The notes below the pieces were generated by a model that had not been told where the DNA came from, ran no database searches, and saw nothing but the letters and a program-made list of their open reading frames with translations. Shown piece by piece: positions 57,975 to 64,000 of a stretch of DNA of 64,000 nt. Origin of the DNA: the human T2T-CHM13v2.0 reference genome, Homo sapiens. A program made the translations under genes and the position numbers. The stretch is taken from NCBI RefSeq assembly GCF_009914755.1, contig NC_060925.1; one strand, written 5' to 3'. The first letter of the stretch is position 1. Each line of letters opens with the position of its first letter.

Positions 57975-58437
57975 GGCCAGGTGCAGTCGCTCACACCTGT
58001 AATACCAGCACTTTGGGAGGCTGAGAGGGCAGATCACTTGAGTTCAGGAGTTGGAGACCAGCCTAGGCAACATAGCAAGACCCTGTCTTTACAACAAATT
58101 TTTAAAAATTAGCTGGCTGTGGTGGCACACACCTGTAGTTTCAGCTACACTAGAGGCTGAGGTGAGAGGATTGCTTGAGCCTGGGAGGCCAAGGCTGCAG
58201 CAATCACGGCTCACTGCAGCCTCAACCTCCCTGGCTTAGTCGATCCTCCCACTTTGGCCTCCCATGTGGCTGGAACTACAGGTGCATGCCACCACACCCG
58301 ACTAATTTTTTTTTTTTTTGTAGAGATAGGGTCTCACTATGTTGCCGAGGCTGGTCTTGAACTCTTAGGCTGAAGCAATTCTCCCATCCCAGCCTCCGTG
58401 GTTGGCTTACCTGGGCTGTGAGGAACCATGCCCAGCC
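57975..58437. mobile_element. Two AluJ-like elements fused tail-to-tail (+ 57975-58200, - 58201-58437), both tails missing
   Basis: Sense Alu stops at AAGGCTGCAG and is followed immediately by antisense CAATCACGGCTCACTGCAGCCTC. Confidence 0.9.
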
Positions 58438-58897
58438 AGTTTTTCTTTTTATATATTGTCCTTACCCCATGGGTTAATTAAAGATATAGTTTTTAGTTTT
58501 CAGACATATGAGCTTTTTTGTTATTAGTTCCCACTTCTACTGCATTTGATTTAGATAACTAGCCAATATGTTGCCAATTCTTAGTAATTTATTAATTCTT
58601 TTGTAGCTTAGCACATAATTCATTTCTACATGTTATATATGATTTTGAGAATAATTTGTATTCTGGGTTTGTGGATGAAGTTATATATATATTCACTTAA
58701 GCTCATTAATTGTTCAAATGTTCTGTATCCTTGCTTTTGTTCTCTCTTCTTTATCAGTTTCTGAGAGGGTTATGTTTATATCTCCAACTGCCATTGTAAA
58801 TTCACCTGCTTTGCCTTGTAAAGACAGTAAAGTCTTTCAGTAGATTGTAAAGTCTATCAGCAGATTAGTGTATGTATTTCTAATTTATTAGGAGCAT

Positions 58898-59025
58898 TTA
58901 TATATAGTATGCATATACAATATTGTATATATTGAATATATACAATATTGTATATATTGAATATATTGAATATACAGTATATATTTATATTGTATATATA
59001 TATTATATAGTGTATATACATATAT

Positions 59026-59082
<57 letters not shown>

Positions 59083-59083
59083 A
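58898..59083. repeat. AT-rich palindromic tandem units plus (TG)n(TA)n microsatellite
   Basis: ATATACAATATTGTATAT occurs twice; (TG)n ~59030-59056, then (TA)n. Confidence 0.95.
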
Positions 59084-59093
59084 GTAATTGTTA

Positions 59094-59464
<371 letters not shown>

Positions 59465-60097
59465 TTAGGTTTTTTAAAATTTGTATTTGATGGTATTTTT
59501 TTATCTTCTTGTTTTTAATTTTTGGGTAAGTAATATGTTTACATTATTCAAACTCAAAATAATATGAAATGGTATACAATGAAAAGTTTTGCTCCCGCCT
59601 GGTTTCCATTTGCCCTGTGCCAGTTTTCAATTTCTTACTTTTCAGCTAAAAAAAAAATATATTGAAACAACAGACATTTATTCTTGCATAGTTCTGGAGT
59701 AAATTCACTCTTCTTTATGCTGCTTTGTGACTCTGGGGGTAGACTCTGAACATTTCTCCCATTTTGCAGATGGCAAAATGCTAGACTTTATGTGGAGGGT
59801 ACTGAGGGAAACTGAAAGAGGAAGGGCTTCTCTTCCTGGTTCTGGGTGCTTTTCTTCTGGCTTGTATAATGCAGCTACCAATGGATGGCTTCTCTGCAAA
59901 AGGTGTATAGGAAATATAGTGATAGATACACTCCAGCATCCTGTGGGCTATAGCCACACACTCCCCAATGAGGTCTGCATCTCAACCTTGGGGTGGGTTG
60001 GGGAAAGGACTCTCCTAACCTTGTCCCTTCCTTGGGTACACTCAGCCTTAGAGGCAGCAGCTACTCCCAACATCTGCTCCGTCTGTATTCTTTGGAG

Positions 60098-60297
60098 CTG
60101 CTCTATCTAATGTGGCGACCACTTGCCAAATGTGTCACTTCTATTTAAATACAAGTTAACATGAAGTAAAATTAAAAATTCAGTTTCTTAGTTGCACTAG
60201 CTACATTTCAAGTGTTTCATAGCCATACAGGTACATTGGATAGTAAAGTTATAGAACATATCCTTCATTGCAGAAAGTCCTGTTGGAAAGTGTTGCT
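60098..60297. mobile_element. MER3-like (hAT-Charlie)
   Basis: AAAAATTCAGTTTCTTAGTTGCACTAGCTACATTTCAAGTG...CATTGCAGAAAGTCCTGTTGGA. Confidence 0.85.
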
Positions 60298-60474
60298 TTC
60301 GAGGTCTCTATTCAGATTCCCTGTTCAGATTTCCATGGTTTTTGTCTCCTGACTGATACATACTCCATTTTTCTTATATATTGTTCCAATGTTTTTAAAC
60401 AAATACAAATGTATATTCTTATATCTGCCCCCCATCACCACCATTAGCACACAAATAGCAACTGTAATGTAAGT

Positions 60475-60675
60475 GCAGCAGTTTGACAAATTACTTCCAG
60501 TAGGACAAATCCAGAGCCAATTCTGGTCACATTCATTTGTTGAATGTATCGTCTAAGTGCTTTCATGCTACAATGGAAAAGCAAGTCACGTAGTTGCAAC
60601 AGAGATTATATAGCAGACAAATTTGAAAATATGTACTATGTAGCCCTTTACAGAAAAGGTTTGTTGATCCCTGTT
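60475..60675. mobile_element. MER58A-like
   Basis: TGCTTTCATGCTACAATGG...TAGTTGCAACAGAGA...GAAAATATGTACTATGTAGCCCTTTACAGAAAAGGTTTG. Confidence 0.8.
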
Positions 60676-60816
60676 CTATATCTTTGTAAAGTTAACCATG
60701 CAGTCAGCCTTCTGTATCCTTGGGTTCCACATCTATGGATTCAACCAACACCAGATCGAAAATGTTTGGGGAAAAAATACAAAAGAACAACACAATCATA
60801 GAAAATAAGACAGCTA

Positions 60817-61195
<379 letters not shown>

Positions 61196-61329
61196 TTACA
61201 TTTTATTAAGTAGTATAAGTAATCTAGAGATGACTTAAAGTATACAGGAGGATGTGTGTAGGTTATATGCAAATATTAAGCCATTATAGATATCAGGGAC
61301 TTGAGCATCCATGGATTTTGATATACGGG

Positions 61330-61383
61330 GGTGGAGGGTTAGTTCTAGGACTACCCCTGTAGTCCTAGAACTAACCCTCCACC
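61330..61383. repeat. Perfect inverted repeat, 25-bp arms, 4-nt loop
   Basis: GGTGGAGGGTTAGTTCTAGGACTAC-CCCT-GTAGTCCTAGAACTAACCCTCCACC. Confidence 0.97.
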
Positions 61384-61465
61384 GATATGGACTGATTTTA
61401 TGTATTGAAGTTATTTCCCTATAAAGATGCTTAGAGCTTCTTCACTTCTTTAAAACTACATAATA

Positions 61466-61501
61466 CAGCCTGGGTGACAGAGTGAGACTCTGTCTCAAAA
61501 A
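61466..61501 (+). mobile_element. Very short Alu 3'-end fragment
   Basis: CAGCCTGGGTGACAGAGTGAGACTCTGTCTCAAAAA only. Confidence 0.8.
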
Positions 61502-61519
61502 TTAATTCATTAATTATTT

Positions 61520-63370
<1,851 letters not shown>

Positions 63371-63399
63371 ACTGTGACAATAATTTTCTTCCTAAAAGA

Positions 63400-63930
63400 A
63401 AAAAAGTGATAAATTAGATTTCATCACAGTTAAAAACTTCTGCTTTTGAATGATACCTTATGAAGATGAAAATATTCATAATACAGACTGAAATATTCAT
63501 AATACATACATATGACAAAGGACTTGAATCCAAAATATATTTTGGATATCACCTGAGGTCAGGAGTTAGAGACCACCCTGGCCAACATAGTGAAACCCCA
63601 TCTTTACTAAAAAAAAAAAAATACAAAATTAGCCGGGCATGGTGGTGGGTGCCTGTAATCCCAGCTACTTGGGAGGCTGAGGCAGGAGAATCATAACTGA
63701 CAACACCAACTGTTGATGAGGATGTAGAGTAACTAGAACTCTTGCATATTGATGATGGAAGTATAAATGATACAACCACTTTGGAAAACTGTTTGGTAAT
63801 TTCTTATAAAGGTGCATAAACACCTCTGCCTCCCAGGTTCATATGACCTAGTCTTCACATTCCTAAGTGTTTAAACAAGAGAAATGAAAACATATGTTCA
63901 CACAAAGACTTGCACATAAATAAATACTCA
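63400..63930 (+). mobile_element. Old L1M fragment (sense) with an embedded tail-less Alu fragment at 63548-63693
   Basis: TTAAAAACTTCTGCT, TGACAAAGGACTTGAATCCAAAATATAT, ACAACCACTTTGGAAAACTGTTTGG, GAGAAATGAAAACATATGTTCACACAAAGACTTG. Confidence 0.85.
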
Positions 63931-63931
63931 T

Positions 63932-64000
63932 GCCGGACGCGGTGGCTCATGCCTGTAATCCCAGCACTTTGGGAGGGCGAGGCAGGTGGATCACGAGGTC
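63932..64000 (+). mobile_element. Alu 5' end (runs off the window)
   Basis: GCCGGACGCGGTGGCTCATGCCTGTAATCCCAGCACTTTGGGAGG. Confidence 0.9.

Overview
Primate (almost certainly human) non-coding euchromatic DNA. I find no credible protein-coding exon, tRNA/rRNA gene, CpG island or CRISPR-type system. The ORF track is explained by Alu, L2, simple-repeat and chance ORFs. The window is a mosaic of interspersed repeats: about 40 Alu copies or fragments, many MIR and L2 relics, old L1M pieces (dense after ~55 kb), MaLR/ERVL solo LTRs (MLT1, MSTB, THE1) and DNA-transposon MITEs (MER5, MER102, Tigger3a, MER20, MER58A, MER53, MER3, MER2). Unique blocks between them carry enhancer-like motif clusters. 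I cannot place the locus. The most notable observations are structural or evolutionary: (1) an inverted pair of ~162-bp MIR segments that are ~90% identical and 830 bp apart; (2) a decayed RTE-clade LINE reverse-transcriptase fossil, invisible in the ORF track; (3) a perfect 25-bp-stem hairpin inside MER2; (4) a tail-less Alu fragment whose following ~20 nt sit inverted ~130 bp away; (5) two Alus fused tail-to-tail into a near-zero-spacer inverted repeat; (6) a MER53 hairpin with a miR-1302-like arm; (7) a divergent pair of CTCF-like motifs. None of these demonstrates a new biological system. Repeat subfamily names come from remembered consensus sequences, and boundaries are approximate unless a TSD is quoted.
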